Source: a plasmid. Taken from it: 64,000 bases of DNA. Both the position numbers and the translations under genes were made by a program. The notes under the pieces are model-generated. The model was not told the DNA's origin. It ran no database searches and saw only the letters and a list, made by a program, of their open reading frames with translations. The DNA lies in the sequence record NZ_MK262712.1, one strand, 5' to 3'. Positions 37,654 to 48,621 of the stretch are shown piece by piece; the first letter of the stretch is position 1; each line of letters opens with the position of its first letter.

Positions 37654-38691
37654 TTAACCAAGCCACCTTACGCAGCAATCGTTATAACGCCAAAGCATGT
37701 ATACATAGTTATTTACACCTATACGTTTTCGTCCGCCCTTCCGTGTCGACCAGTCATGAACAGAATCACCAAGTCTATGACAACATTCCGGTCCTTCTGC
37801 TTCCGGTACGGGATACAGCATCGATAGCCTGTACTGTGATCTAGGCATGAAATAACTGAACCTGCGTTCGCACATAGCGTCCTGGCCCATGGTTTTCATC
37901 AACATTCCTTGCCTGTGCAACTTGGTAATCATTCGTTGAGTTAATAATGAGGAAACCCGGACTGAATCGTCATTCGCAAAAACATGGCCGGTTAGCGGAT
38001 AGAGGTTACCATCACAACCTGCACAAAAGTGGGCACTCAGATTGTCAGCCCCAGCTGTAACCTTCACACAGTCAGCTGCGCACCACATTGAAGCAATAGG
38101 ATTTGCGAAAACAACTGCCTCAGGATTTAATACGAGTGTAAGCAGGTCATTTTCCCAGAGCGGATCAACTTCGCTAATGTAGGTAAGAGACGGGTCAATA
38201 TAAGGCTCAGCGGTACAATCCCCCATAATGAGGAGCTTAAGCATCACTAGGATCGGAAACTCCCATAAGTGAACATCATAAAACCCTGCCTCATTACCCC
38301 CTTTGGGCCTGTTAGTTGCTCCTTTCCCCATATCGAAGCTTGAAGACTGAAGACTAACCCCTTCAAGGAATGGCGAACACCATGGTGACTGTACAACCTC
38401 TACTATTTTTACTGGTTGGAAAAACGACAGTTGCCATCCTACCTCTGGGACCCCATTTTGATCTGTGCAATAACATACGGGTTGTGACGGTGCAGCCCCT
38501 TCTGGTGAGGAGCCTACTCCCATAATGCGCATTGGAAAAATACAGCTCCAACAGATGTTTTTAATCAAACCTTTCCAAACACCGGCCGATTGACAGATTC
38601 CGCTACCCGTCTCAGCCCCAATCGCCATTCCTGGTAAAGCCAGGCTGAGCATGACAGCAGTGAATGCTGACAAAAGTAACTTTCGTATCAT
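37654..38691 (-). CDS. traU: TraU, an F-type T4SS pilus-assembly protein.
   Basis: 345 aa. It shares several motifs with F-plasmid TraU as I recall it: ICWSCIFP, LNPEAVIFANPIA, LHRQGM, FCAGC…YP. Confidence 0.85.
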   Translation of the reverse strand: MIRKLLLSAFTAVMLSLALPGMAIGAETGSGICQSAGVWKGLIKNICWSCIFPMRIMGVGSSPEGAAPSQPVCYCTDQNGVPEVGWQLSFFQPVKIVEVVQSPWCSPFLEGVSLQSSSFDMGKGATNRPKGGNEAGFYDVHLWEFPILVMLKLLIMGDCTAEPYIDPSLTYISEVDPLWENDLLTLVLNPEAVVFANPIASMWCAADCVKVTAGADNLSAHFCAGCDGNLYPLTGHVFANDDSVRVSSLLTQRMITKLHRQGMLMKTMGQDAMCERRFSYFMPRSQYRLSMLYPVPEAEGPECCHRLGDSVHDWSTRKGGRKRIGVNNYVYMLWRYNDCCVRWLG

Positions 38692-40049
38692 TGAGCCGCC
38701 TCTTTTTCTGATTGCTGATTTATACGCGTATACTCGCGTACATCTGCCTGAGCAAACTGCTGTACTTTGAAGTAGGTTCCTTCAACCGATATGATTGTAG
38801 GGGTGGACTTAATCAGGAACCGGCTAATGATTTCAGGGTTGATCTTGTACATCTGCCCATAGAACTGGCCGCGCAACTCCTCTAAATGCTTCCAGCCATC
38901 ATCACGTTTGATTCGCGTAAAAATGGGCATAACTTTTCCTTCGCCGAAACGGTGACGAAACTGTATTTTGGCCCATGTCAGCTGCTCAGAATTCATTGGG
39001 TCAAAAACGATCATTGTCAGTTTCTGTGGAAATTGAGCAAGAGGATTTCCCTTCTGCCCTGCGGCAGCAATGAGGTTACCTTGGTTATCTCTAATATCTT
39101 GGTTTACCTGAATTGTTGGGTCGATATACCAGATTTTATTCTCGTCAGATACGGGAAGGGACGCCATCCACTGATTTTGCCAAGTTGATTTTATTGCGTT
39201 CTTTTTGGCCGCCTCCCAGTCATATTTATTACTTCTCTCCTCAAGTTCCTGTACAATACTTTTCTCTTTTATAGGGAATGTTTGGGCTGAAACCGGGAAG
39301 GTTGTTTTTTCTGGGTTTTCCTCGATCTGTTTCATGAAATACTTAATGTTAATCGACCCACTAATCTTGTAGGTTTTATCATCTTTTCTGTACACCATCG
39401 TTGGAACTTCTTTTACGCTATACTGGGTAAAACTTTCCGGATCGAGGGTGACTAAAGGTTCTTTTTTTATTTTTGCTTTAGATATATAATCACGCAGCAC
39501 TACCTGCATCTGAATAAGGTTTTCTACACCTTCCTTAAGCCCCCTGAACACCACGCGCGCATTGTTTTCCGATGCTGTTTTAATCAGGTCTATCAATACA
39601 TAGTCTGGCATGCTGAATGATGCAAATATTGTCAAGCCATTATCAGTCGATAGTTCTTCATTTTTGTTGTTATCTAATTTACGTTCGAAGTCCTGTGCAG
39701 TAATCCCCGACTTCCCAAACATTTTTTCAACGTTGGAAGACTGGGTTCGCATTGACTCGTTTTTTGACTTGTTAATTGTGTCTGCCTCTTCAGAGAAGGC
39801 CTCTGTAGACTGATTCTTTTTTATGTCCTGCGCAATATCACTCATCGCTTCCACTTCACGCAGCTTACCTGTGTGTTCTATCACCGCACGCACACTGTCG
39901 GAGACAGAGCTGGGATTGTACCGGGGTGTGCCGACAATCGACTCTATGCTTTGAGTCTTTGCATGATCAATAGAGTCATCGGCATATGACAGAGATGTAG
40001 CTAACAGGCAGCTAAAAAGTAACTTTTTAATACATTCAGAAGATGGCAT
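38688..40049 (-). CDS. traW: TraW/TrbC-family periplasmic pilus-assembly protein, possibly a TrbC-TraW fusion. The start is probably the internal MPSSE… with a signal peptide.
   Basis: Its position between the TraF-type peptidase gene and traU, the signal peptide, and its size are consistent with TrbC plus TraW. There is no strong motif. Confidence 0.5.
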   Translation of the reverse strand: MPSSECIKKLLFSCLLATSLSYADDSIDHAKTQSIESIVGTPRYNPSSVSDSVRAVIEHTGKLREVEAMSDIAQDIKKNQSTEAFSEEADTINKSKNESMRTQSSNVEKMFGKSGITAQDFERKLDNNKNEELSTDNGLTIFASFSMPDYVLIDLIKTASENNARVVFRGLKEGVENLIQMQVVLRDYISKAKIKKEPLVTLDPESFTQYSVKEVPTMVYRKDDKTYKISGSINIKYFMKQIEENPEKTTFPVSAQTFPIKEKSIVQELEERSNKYDWEAAKKNAIKSTWQNQWMASLPVSDENKIWYIDPTIQVNQDIRDNQGNLIAAAGQKGNPLAQFPQKLTMIVFDPMNSEQLTWAKIQFRHRFGEGKVMPIFTRIKRDDGWKHLEELRGQFYGQMYKINPEIISRFLIKSTPTIISVEGTYFKVQQFAQADVREYTRINQQSEKEAAQ

Positions 40050-40560
40050 ATGCTTTTCCTGTGATTGTCGTTTCTGGTATTGTTCCCCAAAAACGGGAAT
40101 CCCATGAGTAATCGGTCTGGCCAACTACGAAAATGTGTCCAGCTGGAACCGTGATTTCACGGTTCAGAATTTGCGGTTCAATATGGTATTTTTTGGCAAT
40201 ACGCCTTCCGTCAACCCGGAAAATACGGTCGCCGTTTTTAACGTATGTTTCTGTAATCTGGATTTTGTCCCCACCCTTACCAGCAACGATTTTTATTACC
40301 TTCTCCCCAGGTTTAATGAATCGAACATCTCTGTCCATGGTGAAGTTAATCATATCCCCAATTTCATAGCCCTTATCATATTTATCCACCATGTAATAAT
40401 CAGCTGGAATACAGCCATGCAGGAGTCCATGCCCCAGAGTGAAGCGGGAAAAGAACAGATGCATTAATACCGAGATGATCACCAGGTGCAGAATCAGTGA
40501 TTTATCAACTCGTAAAACACCTCTTCTGTGCGGAGAAAGATATCTAAGGGACATCAACAT
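40036..40560 (-). CDS. traF: S26-family signal peptidase of the conjugative-transfer TraF/TrhF type.
   Basis: 174 aa with an N-terminal TM segment and the C-terminal signal-peptidase I box VVGQTDYSWDSRFWG. Confidence 0.75.
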   Translation of the reverse strand: MLMSLRYLSPHRRGVLRVDKSLILHLVIISVLMHLFFSRFTLGHGLLHGCIPADYYMVDKYDKGYEIGDMINFTMDRDVRFIKPGEKVIKIVAGKGGDKIQITETYVKNGDRIFRVDGRRIAKKYHIEPQILNREITVPAGHIFVVGQTDYSWDSRFWGTIPETTITGKAYAIF

Positions 40561-40649
40561 GAGATGGGTCCTGAATGATTATTTCAGGATATTATGCCCG
40601 AAAGGAAGAGGCCATTTGCTGAATAACAAGATGATTTTAATCATTTACC

Positions 40650-40680
40650 AAAAAAAATAGCCCCTGACTCAGGGGCTACT
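40650..40680 (-). terminator. Rho-independent terminator after the 1413-aa gene.
   Basis: On the minus strand, hairpin TAGCCCCTGA-GTC-AGGGGCTA followed by TTTTTTTT. Confidence 0.55.
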
Positions 40681-40697
40681 CAAGAGAATGACTTATG

Positions 40698-43600
40698 TCA
40701 GTTATTCAACGTAATGAAACTTGTCGCTGAATCACCGCTGTCATCGTAAGCAGTTATAGACACCACCAGCTTACCCTTATTTTGAGCTTTGGACAGTGTT
40801 GCAGTACTTCCGAACACACCACGAACCTGATCATTCACCTTCCAAACATAACTGGAAATCTTGCCGTCAGGATCACTGCATTTTGCAGTAAATGCCCAGC
40901 TCAGTTGCGTTTCAGTGTATGTCAGGTTACATGTAGGAGGCGTGTTCGGTATCACGTCAAAATCAACCACAACAACCCCTCTCTGACCCTGCGTACTGAC
41001 AACGTCCATTTCCAGTTTATAACTACCTTCCATGATGTTCTCAAACGTCTGTGACCAGTAATTTTTGCCACCATCGACAGGCTTACCATTCAGCTTAAAC
41101 GTCACATTGTCAATTGAGTCTGCCGAGTGGGCCAGCTTAACACTGGACCTCAAGGACAGGTCCAGCGGGGCCCTCATGAACTTGTTAGAGTATTTGGGAG
41201 TAACGCTAATTTCCATCGGACTCTGTTCGTTCACGATAAAAGTGTAATCAACCCGGGCTTCATTGTTCCTGTTATCCTTCAGGACATACGTCAACGTATG
41301 TGTACCCGATTTTGTTACCTGGAACACTTTCGTCCCGTTATTGTCGCTGGACAGCGTCATCATATTTTTGTCGTATTGCCAGTCCTGGGTGAACACAACT
41401 CCAGGATAAGAAACATCCACACCAGAGACTGATACGGTGAGTTCCGAAGGTATCATGGTGTATTTCAGTTTTGTATTCAGGCGTGGCTCCGGGAATTTGT
41501 ATACCCAAGATTTTACGCTGATTTTCCGTTTTGCTATGGTTCTGTCTTTTGCCTCCGGCATGTAGGCCTGATACGTAAACGTTGCATACCCACGTTCATC
41601 TAACATGTCTTCGGTCAGGACGGTATCAAGCAGCCCCCCCTGTTTTACGCTTCCATCAGGGAGCACCCACTCCTGGACAACTTTAGCATCAGATGAGTAC
41701 TCGATATTAGGGTTCGTGTAGGTACCCTGCAAAGTAACTTTTTTACCTACCTCTACCTGCGAGTTCCCCTCAACCTTAACCGACAATTTCTTATGCTTAA
41801 TGACAGTGACACGAGCACGAGTTTCTTTCCATGCCGATTTCCCGGCCATTTCGTCGGTTTCGGTATACCGTACTTTTGCAAAGATATACTTGGGCACCTC
41901 CGAGGACGTAATCATGTATTTAACCCCCCCCTCAGTCCATTCCTCTCCATCCTCTGACCACTGGACTTCAACTGCACTACCTTGTACATCTTCATTGTTA
42001 TCAGTCAGTGTCACCGGGATGCTGTGCCCCTCAAGAACCTTTCCAACCGAGATAACAGGTTTAGGTTCCCGGTAAGCAACCACCGTGAGATTATCGGTAT
42101 ATGAGACCTTACCTGTGTATTTGTTGGTCAGTTTGGCGCGGTAAAGCCACTTACCTACTTCTTTTTGTTTGATGCTTACGCTTCGAAGTCCGGTCATATC
42201 TTCAAGCGTATTCCAGGTTGATCCATTGTTACTGGACATCTGCCATTCAGTTGGACTCAGGGAATCATAATCATCGGTACTTTTCGTTCTGAATGAGACC
42301 ATTGCTGACAGAGGAACTCGGCCTACAATAAGCGATTTAGACAGCCCACCTTCGAGGTTGGCCCCTTTATACACCCTGATACTTGTTGTTGATGTCTCAC
42401 GTTTGAGTACAAAATCTTTAAACGGACTGCGTACCGTAGCTACTGCGATGATGCGGTGACTACCCAGAGTCAGATCGTCCATGTTGAGCTCACCGGTCGC
42501 AATCCCCTCAGAGTTAACGGGCAGATCACCGGTCAGAGGAGTTCGCTCAGTTACCGAAACATCTTTACCGGTTTCTTCATCCGTAACCCATTTAGAGGTA
42601 ACTTTGTAAACCACCACATCCCACTGCCCCATTGTGGAGGCATCGTACAATGTACAGTTACAGCTGTTATTCCATTGGCCGATGTTTACCGATACCGGTA
42701 CTTTCAAACTCGTTGCTGATTTACGCTCTGCAACTTTCATATAGGCACGAATACTGAAGTTTGGAACAGTATAAACTTTGAGCACACTGGATGACTTTAT
42801 ACTGGCTTCATTTTCGTAGGAAGCTTCGATGTTTACATTCGTTTGCGTCCACAATGGCGCTGCAGGTACTTTTATACGCTCAGAATAAGTTACCGGCGTA
42901 TCACCACCTGATTTATTCTTGTAGGTTTTAGTTTCAGCGTCCTGGCCTTCAACCTTAGTTGTAAGGACAACGTTAGCCGGTACTGATTTTGCAAGCACCT
43001 TAGCTGCGTCCCCACCAGTGATATAAACCAGTGCTGTATCCTTACCAAGAGTCTCTACCGTTTTACTCATCTTGTATGAAATTTCAGGTGCAAACGGTTC
43101 AACGGCTTTAACGGTTTTACGGTTATGAGTGGCAATGGCTTTAGAGCCTTTTGTATTAATCACATAGACGTTGTAGTCAAGGACGTTATCGCCAACTTTA
43201 GAGAAGTAACCCGTCAGGCCAGGAACTTTAGACTTCGAGTAAAATTCGAGACCAGATGGAACGTTGTTCCACTGAACATAACAGGCCGTTCCATAAACCG
43301 CAGTTCCGAACTGGCTAAGAAACGCCTGAGCGTCTTCTTCAGTAGAGAAAATCTTACAGGTATTCCCTGATTGCTGAGTAACCAGCGAAGTGTAAGGACG
43401 GACGTAACCGTAAATCGTAGACGCTGATTCGATGGACTTCAGAGTGAAAGTCATCGGCATATAGGTAAAATCGATTGAATAGGTTTTGGATATACCGTTA
43501 ACATTCTCAGCAACAACCGTCAAAGTATGGACTTTGTTTGTTTCGAGTGACGGCATCGGCTTTAACCGGTAGATCCCTTTGACGTTTGTGGGAGTGTATG

Positions 43601-44939
43601 AAGCCATGACGTTATCAATGACAACGCTCTTGATGTCGGCAACACCCTCTTCGCCCTGGAATGCAGCAATAACGATCTCATTCAGGAAGTACACCTGGTC
43701 CCGCTTAACAAGCTCTGAGCCGTCCTTGAAAACGGAAACAGATGGTTCATCAGACAGTATAAGTTTAGATTCCGGTTCGGTATAACTGGAATCATTGCCC
43801 GCTGTATTAGACACAGAATATGTTGCAACGTAAGAAGCGCTGGCCAGATCGCTTATATCAAAAAAATAAACAAATTTACCCGCAACTTCCTGATATCCGG
43901 CGACAGGTTGAAGAGTTCGACGGGACGGAGTTGACCAAATTTTGTTAAAATTAAGCTCCGTACCATCATCTAAAGTAACTTTTGTCATTGGAGAGAAGCT
44001 ACCATCAGGAGCAAGTGTGAGCGACATTGCAGCAGGTTTCCACCAGTCATTGGTATCTGACCGGGCAGGAACCGAGACAGCTACAGCGATCGTCTGCGGA
44101 GCAACGTAGATATCTTTATCTCCGATCTTGAATGACCGAGCTTCTTTAGAGACGTTCCAGAAGGTATTGTCTATCGCTGGAGCGCGGTAATCCCAGCTTA
44201 ATCTCACCTTAGAGGTTACTGGTGGGGAGAAGTAATTATTGAACGAGTTTAAGGTTACGCCTACATCCCTGCTTCCGAAATCGGAACCCCCATCACTGAT
44301 GCCTACGCTTCCGGTCGTTATAGAACATTTTGAGGCTCCTGCAGCAATGGCGCAGGATGTCCCAGAACCGACAGACGCGACCATATCGTAGTCTCGGGGT
44401 TCAACGGTTATATCAATATTTGAGAGTGTCTCGTTTTTAATGTATGACGTCAGTGTTGAACCGGAAGAACCGTTGCTCATTGAACCTTTTATAGAAGTAA
44501 TCACAGGAGCTACAGGCGCAACAGTCTTGAAGTTGTACTCCCCTTCCTTGACTATGACTTTTTCACGTTCTGAGCCCGAGTAGTAAACGATTTGCCATGG
44601 AAGTTTGATATCCCCAGCTATGGCAGGGATGCCCTTCAGTGAGAACCCATTAGCAATCGGCATACCGGAATTATTAGGTAACCATTCAAACACACATTTC
44701 AGGCTACCAGCCGTACTTTTGACATTAGGATCAGAGGACACCTCGCATCCCTCAGATACCGGAATAGCTGTAACCGTACTTTCTTTCACGAAGGCCGTAT
44801 TTACTTGTGAACTGGTAGAAAATTTGACATCTGGTAATGACGTTTCCAGGGTACCGGAAACCATTATCGATTCTGCGTTTGAAAAAGCACTGAACACAGA
44901 ACAGAACATCAGGAAAGAGATTTTATTAATTTTAGTCAT
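40698..44939 (-). CDS. Very large (1413 aa) secreted protein, beta-rich and Ser/Thr/Val-rich, with a signal peptide and no predicted TM helices. It is a candidate surface adhesin or aggregation factor embedded in the T4SS operon.
   Basis: N-terminus MTKINKISFLMFCSVFSAFSNA|ES. The composition resembles tandem Ig-like domains. It carries 3 palindrome copies internally. Confidence 0.55.
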   Translation of the reverse strand: MTKINKISFLMFCSVFSAFSNAESIMVSGTLETSLPDVKFSTSSQVNTAFVKESTVTAIPVSEGCEVSSDPNVKSTAGSLKCVFEWLPNNSGMPIANGFSLKGIPAIAGDIKLPWQIVYYSGSEREKVIVKEGEYNFKTVAPVAPVITSIKGSMSNGSSGSTLTSYIKNETLSNIDITVEPRDYDMVASVGSGTSCAIAAGASKCSITTGSVGISDGGSDFGSRDVGVTLNSFNNYFSPPVTSKVRLSWDYRAPAIDNTFWNVSKEARSFKIGDKDIYVAPQTIAVAVSVPARSDTNDWWKPAAMSLTLAPDGSFSPMTKVTLDDGTELNFNKIWSTPSRRTLQPVAGYQEVAGKFVYFFDISDLASASYVATYSVSNTAGNDSSYTEPESKLILSDEPSVSVFKDGSELVKRDQVYFLNEIVIAAFQGEEGVADIKSVVIDNVMASYTPTNVKGIYRLKPMPSLETNKVHTLTVVAENVNGISKTYSIDFTYMPMTFTLKSIESASTIYGYVRPYTSLVTQQSGNTCKIFSTEEDAQAFLSQFGTAVYGTACYVQWNNVPSGLEFYSKSKVPGLTGYFSKVGDNVLDYNVYVINTKGSKAIATHNRKTVKAVEPFAPEISYKMSKTVETLGKDTALVYITGGDAAKVLAKSVPANVVLTTKVEGQDAETKTYKNKSGGDTPVTYSERIKVPAAPLWTQTNVNIEASYENEASIKSSSVLKVYTVPNFSIRAYMKVAERKSATSLKVPVSVNIGQWNNSCNCTLYDASTMGQWDVVVYKVTSKWVTDEETGKDVSVTERTPLTGDLPVNSEGIATGELNMDDLTLGSHRIIAVATVRSPFKDFVLKRETSTTSIRVYKGANLEGGLSKSLIVGRVPLSAMVSFRTKSTDDYDSLSPTEWQMSSNNGSTWNTLEDMTGLRSVSIKQKEVGKWLYRAKLTNKYTGKVSYTDNLTVVAYREPKPVISVGKVLEGHSIPVTLTDNNEDVQGSAVEVQWSEDGEEWTEGGVKYMITSSEVPKYIFAKVRYTETDEMAGKSAWKETRARVTVIKHKKLSVKVEGNSQVEVGKKVTLQGTYTNPNIEYSSDAKVVQEWVLPDGSVKQGGLLDTVLTEDMLDERGYATFTYQAYMPEAKDRTIAKRKISVKSWVYKFPEPRLNTKLKYTMIPSELTVSVSGVDVSYPGVVFTQDWQYDKNMMTLSSDNNGTKVFQVTKSGTHTLTYVLKDNRNNEARVDYTFIVNEQSPMEISVTPKYSNKFMRAPLDLSLRSSVKLAHSADSIDNVTFKLNGKPVDGGKNYWSQTFENIMEGSYKLEMDVVSTQGQRGVVVVDFDVIPNTPPTCNLTYTETQLSWAFTAKCSDPDGKISSYVWKVNDQVRGVFGSTATLSKAQNKGKLVVSITAYDDSGDSATSFITLNN

Positions 44940-45066
44940 GGAACGCTCTGATCGTAGTTATGCCATAGTTACATCTAATGTATCCTATGAACAGAGCGTA
45001 TTTTTCCCATTAAGGGAAGTATCTTCATTGAAATTCCCGTAAAACGGGAATGGCTGGACAGAAAAG

Positions 45067-45606
45067 TTACTTTTGTAGTTGAGCATTTGCATTAAGACGC
45101 ATGCACGTTAGAACCGCGTCAGATGGAACCCCTGGATTTCGGGCCAGTATGACGGATAAGAGGAAAAGACCTAAGCGAAGGCAGGCGGCAGGATCAATAC
45201 TAATTTTATGTATAAAGTTAATGTCTCGCTCGTCTTTGTTGATAGCTACAACGCCCCCCTCCAACATTGCTGTGGATTTACCATCAAAAGTAACTTTTAC
45301 GTTTTTGTAGACTTGCTTATTATGGTGCTTTGTTTTTTTATCTTTCAGAACAGCCTCACGAGTAAGGCGAAGAAACGCCATACACAAAGCGATCACTTCA
45401 TCATCACTCAGCTTTGTTGAAAAGGCCTTTTGCCCAGTCCAGTCAAACGCGCCCGGCTTAGATGCTAAAGGCCCAGCAAGGATAAGATTCACACTGCCAT
45501 TTGTCTCAGAATAATTGAGCTCAAGTGCAGTCTTGCCGGAATTAAATACCTTTTCATTTCGGTAAGGTTGATGCTGTGGAACATCATTATTTATATTTTC
45601 CACCAA
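45067..45606 (-). CDS. Hypothetical protein (179 aa).
   Basis: ORF. Palindrome copies at 45063 and 45287. Confidence 0.4.
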   Translation of the reverse strand: MVENINNDVPQHQPYRNEKVFNSGKTALELNYSETNGSVNLILAGPLASKPGAFDWTGQKAFSTKLSDDEVIALCMAFLRLTREAVLKDKKTKHHNKQVYKNVKVTFDGKSTAMLEGGVVAINKDERDINFIHKISIDPAACLRLGLFLLSVILARNPGVPSDAVLTCMRLNANAQLQK

Positions 45607-45993
45607 ATATGTCCTTCACCTTCGTTGATTAAATCCTTCACCAGACCAATGTAGGTATTCCCTCCAGATTGCTTCATCGCAAAAATATAAGCACTGGTCT
45701 CTAGCATTAGATAGTCTCCCGATGGAGCACCAGGTGGAACCTCTGTAGAGCTAAGACTTTTAATGTACTCCTTTTTAACAATAGAAGGAATGTTGTTTAT
45801 CATTATTGTTTTTTCATCAACGATCTTAAAATTCATACTGGTTTCAGCGCCCGCCAGACTTACGGCATGAACCGAGTTTTGCTTAAAGCTCGACAGGCTT
45901 GGTTTATTCATAGTTAGAGAATAAATACCTAGCAGGGTAATAAGTGGAACTATGAAGAAACTAACTTTTTTAATACTCACTATCTTCATCGTC
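45591..45993 (-). CDS. Small exported or membrane protein. The start is probably MKIVSIKK…
   Basis: Signal/TM segment FFIVPLITLLGIYSL. Confidence 0.35.
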
Positions 45994-46428
45994 ATCAAAT
46001 CCCCCTTGGGTCTGGCATGCAGTAATGTAAAGAATTCTAAGTTGATGTAGGAAATTTTCTGCTGTAGCACCACCTACAAATGTTATCATTCTGTTAATTC
46101 TGATGCCTGCATCTTCAAGTTCAAACTCAGCTATTCCACAATCCGACATTATTGTCATCGTGTTTTCATCTGGGTCTTCATCAAGCGAAGGGGGTATAAT
46201 AATGGATAAGATAACAGTATCTACTGGAGCTATTTCCCAATTGTGTTCCTCTCGGGCCATAGGAATTATCTGAATAAAATACCCATCCAGGATCAAAGAA
46301 AGTGGATTGCGGGTGTTGTCAGCAAACCCAAAATTACTGGTTGCTTCTTCGAAGTTTAAGCCAGAGCGCTCAATAATCTTGAGAAGTTCCTGCTTTCGTA
46401 CCCCATGGTAAATCATGCCATCTGTCAT
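45970..46428 (-). CDS. Acidic hypothetical protein (152 aa).
   Basis: ORF. It is the first gene after the 680-bp divergent intergenic region. Confidence 0.4.
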   Translation of the reverse strand: MTDGMIYHGVRKQELLKIIERSGLNFEEATSNFGFADNTRNPLSLILDGYFIQIIPMAREEHNWEIAPVDTVILSIIIPPSLDEDPDENTMTIMSDCGIAEFELEDAGIRINRMITFVGGATAENFLHQLRILYITACQTQGGFDDDEDSEY

Positions 46429-47111
46429 CTGTAGTTACTCATGTGCTTTGATGGATAGTGTGTCGCTAAAAATCATACCAAAAACAAAGTATTCCTACCT
46501 CAGCCAGAGTGAGAAAAAGTTAACTTTCGCTCTGAACCTGTAGGTTTATCTAATCTTAGCTTAACATGTAAGCTACCGATATCTGCACCGCTCATAATTC
46601 TAAGGGCTCGTATTATTCACTTGTTGAACTAGATCATCAATCGAAAGGAACACATTACAACGCGCCAAAAGTTACTTTTATCAGAATGCACACAATTTAG
46701 CTCGAATAAGAATCTGGATTGTGATTTGGTAACAGGATCTTTAACTTTAGCAATCAGAGTATGCCTTGCTTTTACATTGCAGTATCACCATTTAAAACAA
46801 TAAGTTATAACGAAACACCAAGTGTTTGATAACATGCATTTTCACTGGATCTGCGCTTACGAATGTGGCACTGAGGCAATTCTTTAACCTTGTAAAGAAT
46901 GAGTGAGCCCGCGCTGGAGGTCAGACCTTTGGTTGCATTTAAACCACGTGTGTTACATGCCTACATGGGAATGATTCTCATCAACTATTAAAAAGTCACT
47001 TTTACATAAATCTAACAATGTACTGAAAAAAAATATTGTAAAAATAGCTTTTTTCCTCTCTGGCGACGTCATCACATCCCTCATAAATGTATGATCACAC
47101 AGAGGTGATAA

Positions 47112-47915
47112 ATGACTATTCTTTCAAATCTAAGTATTGACCTTACTGATTTTACAGGACGAATTCTTATCGTCAGTGACCTTTATGGACATTTTGAACT
47201 GTTACTCAAGGGCCTTTCAAAACTGACCCAGTCCGGTGATGAAGTGGTTGTTATAACTACTGGTAATTTGTTTGACTGGGGCCCTTCCCCCTGTCAGCTG
47301 CTTGAGGCAGTGGTTTACAAAAAATTTGGTGACAGGAAAGTTCATTTTTTCACTGTGGTAGGTTTTCATGAATTACTTATGACAGATGCTATTACTCAAA
47401 AGTACCTTAAAACCTTCAGGTACTTTCCGGATACACATACTCGTAAACACTGGAGAAGTTTAGGTGGAAGCTGGCATGACTCTTACGACCAGATTTTGCT
47501 TGAACGTGATATTTATAAAATCGATTACCCACTGGTAATAAATCTCAAAACAAAACTAGGAACATACATAATTGGTTCGTCAGATATCCCCCACGATGGT
47601 GGTGACTGGAACACTCTCATGGCAACCTTGAACAAGTTGGATAACCAAAACTTACGCATTATGGCGAGTAATATAACCAGAACTAGGTATTTTCTAGAAT
47701 CAGGAAAGACAATTGATGATATATCGCTTGTAGTATTAGGAGTGCATCAACCTGATCAATTAAAACGAATTCTCTCAGGGCAAACTGAACTAGCTAAATC
47801 AACCTTGTGTCTGTTCCCTAACAACTGGGATGGACTCTCAAATGCACCACTGGATTTCAAAATTAGATTTCTTGACATCACTGAAAGTGAATATGGGAGT
47901 TGCTATGAGTTTTAA
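47112..47915 (+). CDS. Calcineurin-like metallophosphoesterase (PPP-family Ser/Thr phosphatase-like).
   Basis: GDxHG-like ILIVSDLYGHFE and GDxxDRG-like TTGNLFDWGP motifs. Confidence 0.5.
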   Translation: MTILSNLSIDLTDFTGRILIVSDLYGHFELLLKGLSKLTQSGDEVVVITTGNLFDWGPSPCQLLEAVVYKKFGDRKVHFFTVVGFHELLMTDAITQKYLKTFRYFPDTHTRKHWRSLGGSWHDSYDQILLERDIYKIDYPLVINLKTKLGTYIIGSSDIPHDGGDWNTLMATLNKLDNQNLRIMASNITRTRYFLESGKTIDDISLVVLGVHQPDQLKRILSGQTELAKSTLCLFPNNWDGLSNAPLDFKIRFLDITESEYGSCYEF

Positions 47916-48621
47916 GAATTTAGCTTGTGTTATCTTATTGTTACCAAACGCAAGCTACGTAATGGCAGGCTCTCAGCTCCAGCTAAGTTCTAATGTTATG
48001 GTTGACCAGAAAATGAAAAACATTGTTGTCCAAACAAGTTATTTTAAAAACAAAATTGACAACACAAAATTTATTCGAATTAGCAATCACACAAGATCAT
48101 TCCCATTAATCCTCTCCTTACCGGAAATTAAATACTCTGTCATCATAAAAAATGGACACAGTACGCTTCTCTCAGAAGATGATGGCATGATTTGGGTAGA
48201 ACCTGGGAGTAACGTCATACTAAAAATTAAAGAAGCTGAAAAACTCTACGATTTCATTCCAATAGTCTACATTACAGGGAAAAAGAAACCAAATGTACTT
48301 ACTGTTTTACCCGGTAAAGCAATTAGTGCTGCAAAAGAGACAAAGCTAATTGAATATAAAGTTTCACCAAATCAAAAAAGAATGTCACATGATGACAAGG
48401 TTGTTAAGCTATCAGGCTTTGGTAATATAAATAAACTGAAGAAAGGTTTTTATGAAGTACAGGTCGACAAATTTACTTCTGTGAGCTTTGATAAGGAGGC
48501 TTTTATAATTACCCGAAATAATATGCTTGCGGGATCACAATATTACACTAAAAATCTTGTTGCCTATCCGCATGAAAAAATAATAATGAACATTAGCGGA
48601 GAAACTCATGTTGAAAAATAG
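47905..48621 (+). CDS. Secreted hypothetical protein.
   Basis: Signal peptide MSFKNLACVILLLPNASYVMA. Confidence 0.4.
   Translation: MSFKNLACVILLLPNASYVMAGSQLQLSSNVMVDQKMKNIVVQTSYFKNKIDNTKFIRISNHTRSFPLILSLPEIKYSVIIKNGHSTLLSEDDGMIWVEPGSNVILKIKEAEKLYDFIPIVYITGKKKPNVLTVLPGKAISAAKETKLIEYKVSPNQKRMSHDDKVVKLSGFGNINKLKKGFYEVQVDKFTSVSFDKEAFIITRNNMLAGSQYYTKNLVAYPHEKIIMNISGETHVEK

Noticed and set aside
40698-44939. The 1413-aa protein as the F-type TraG (mating-pair stabilisation / entry exclusion).
   Set aside because: F-type TraG has an N-terminal polytopic membrane domain. This protein has only a cleavable signal peptide and is otherwise a soluble beta-rich protein.
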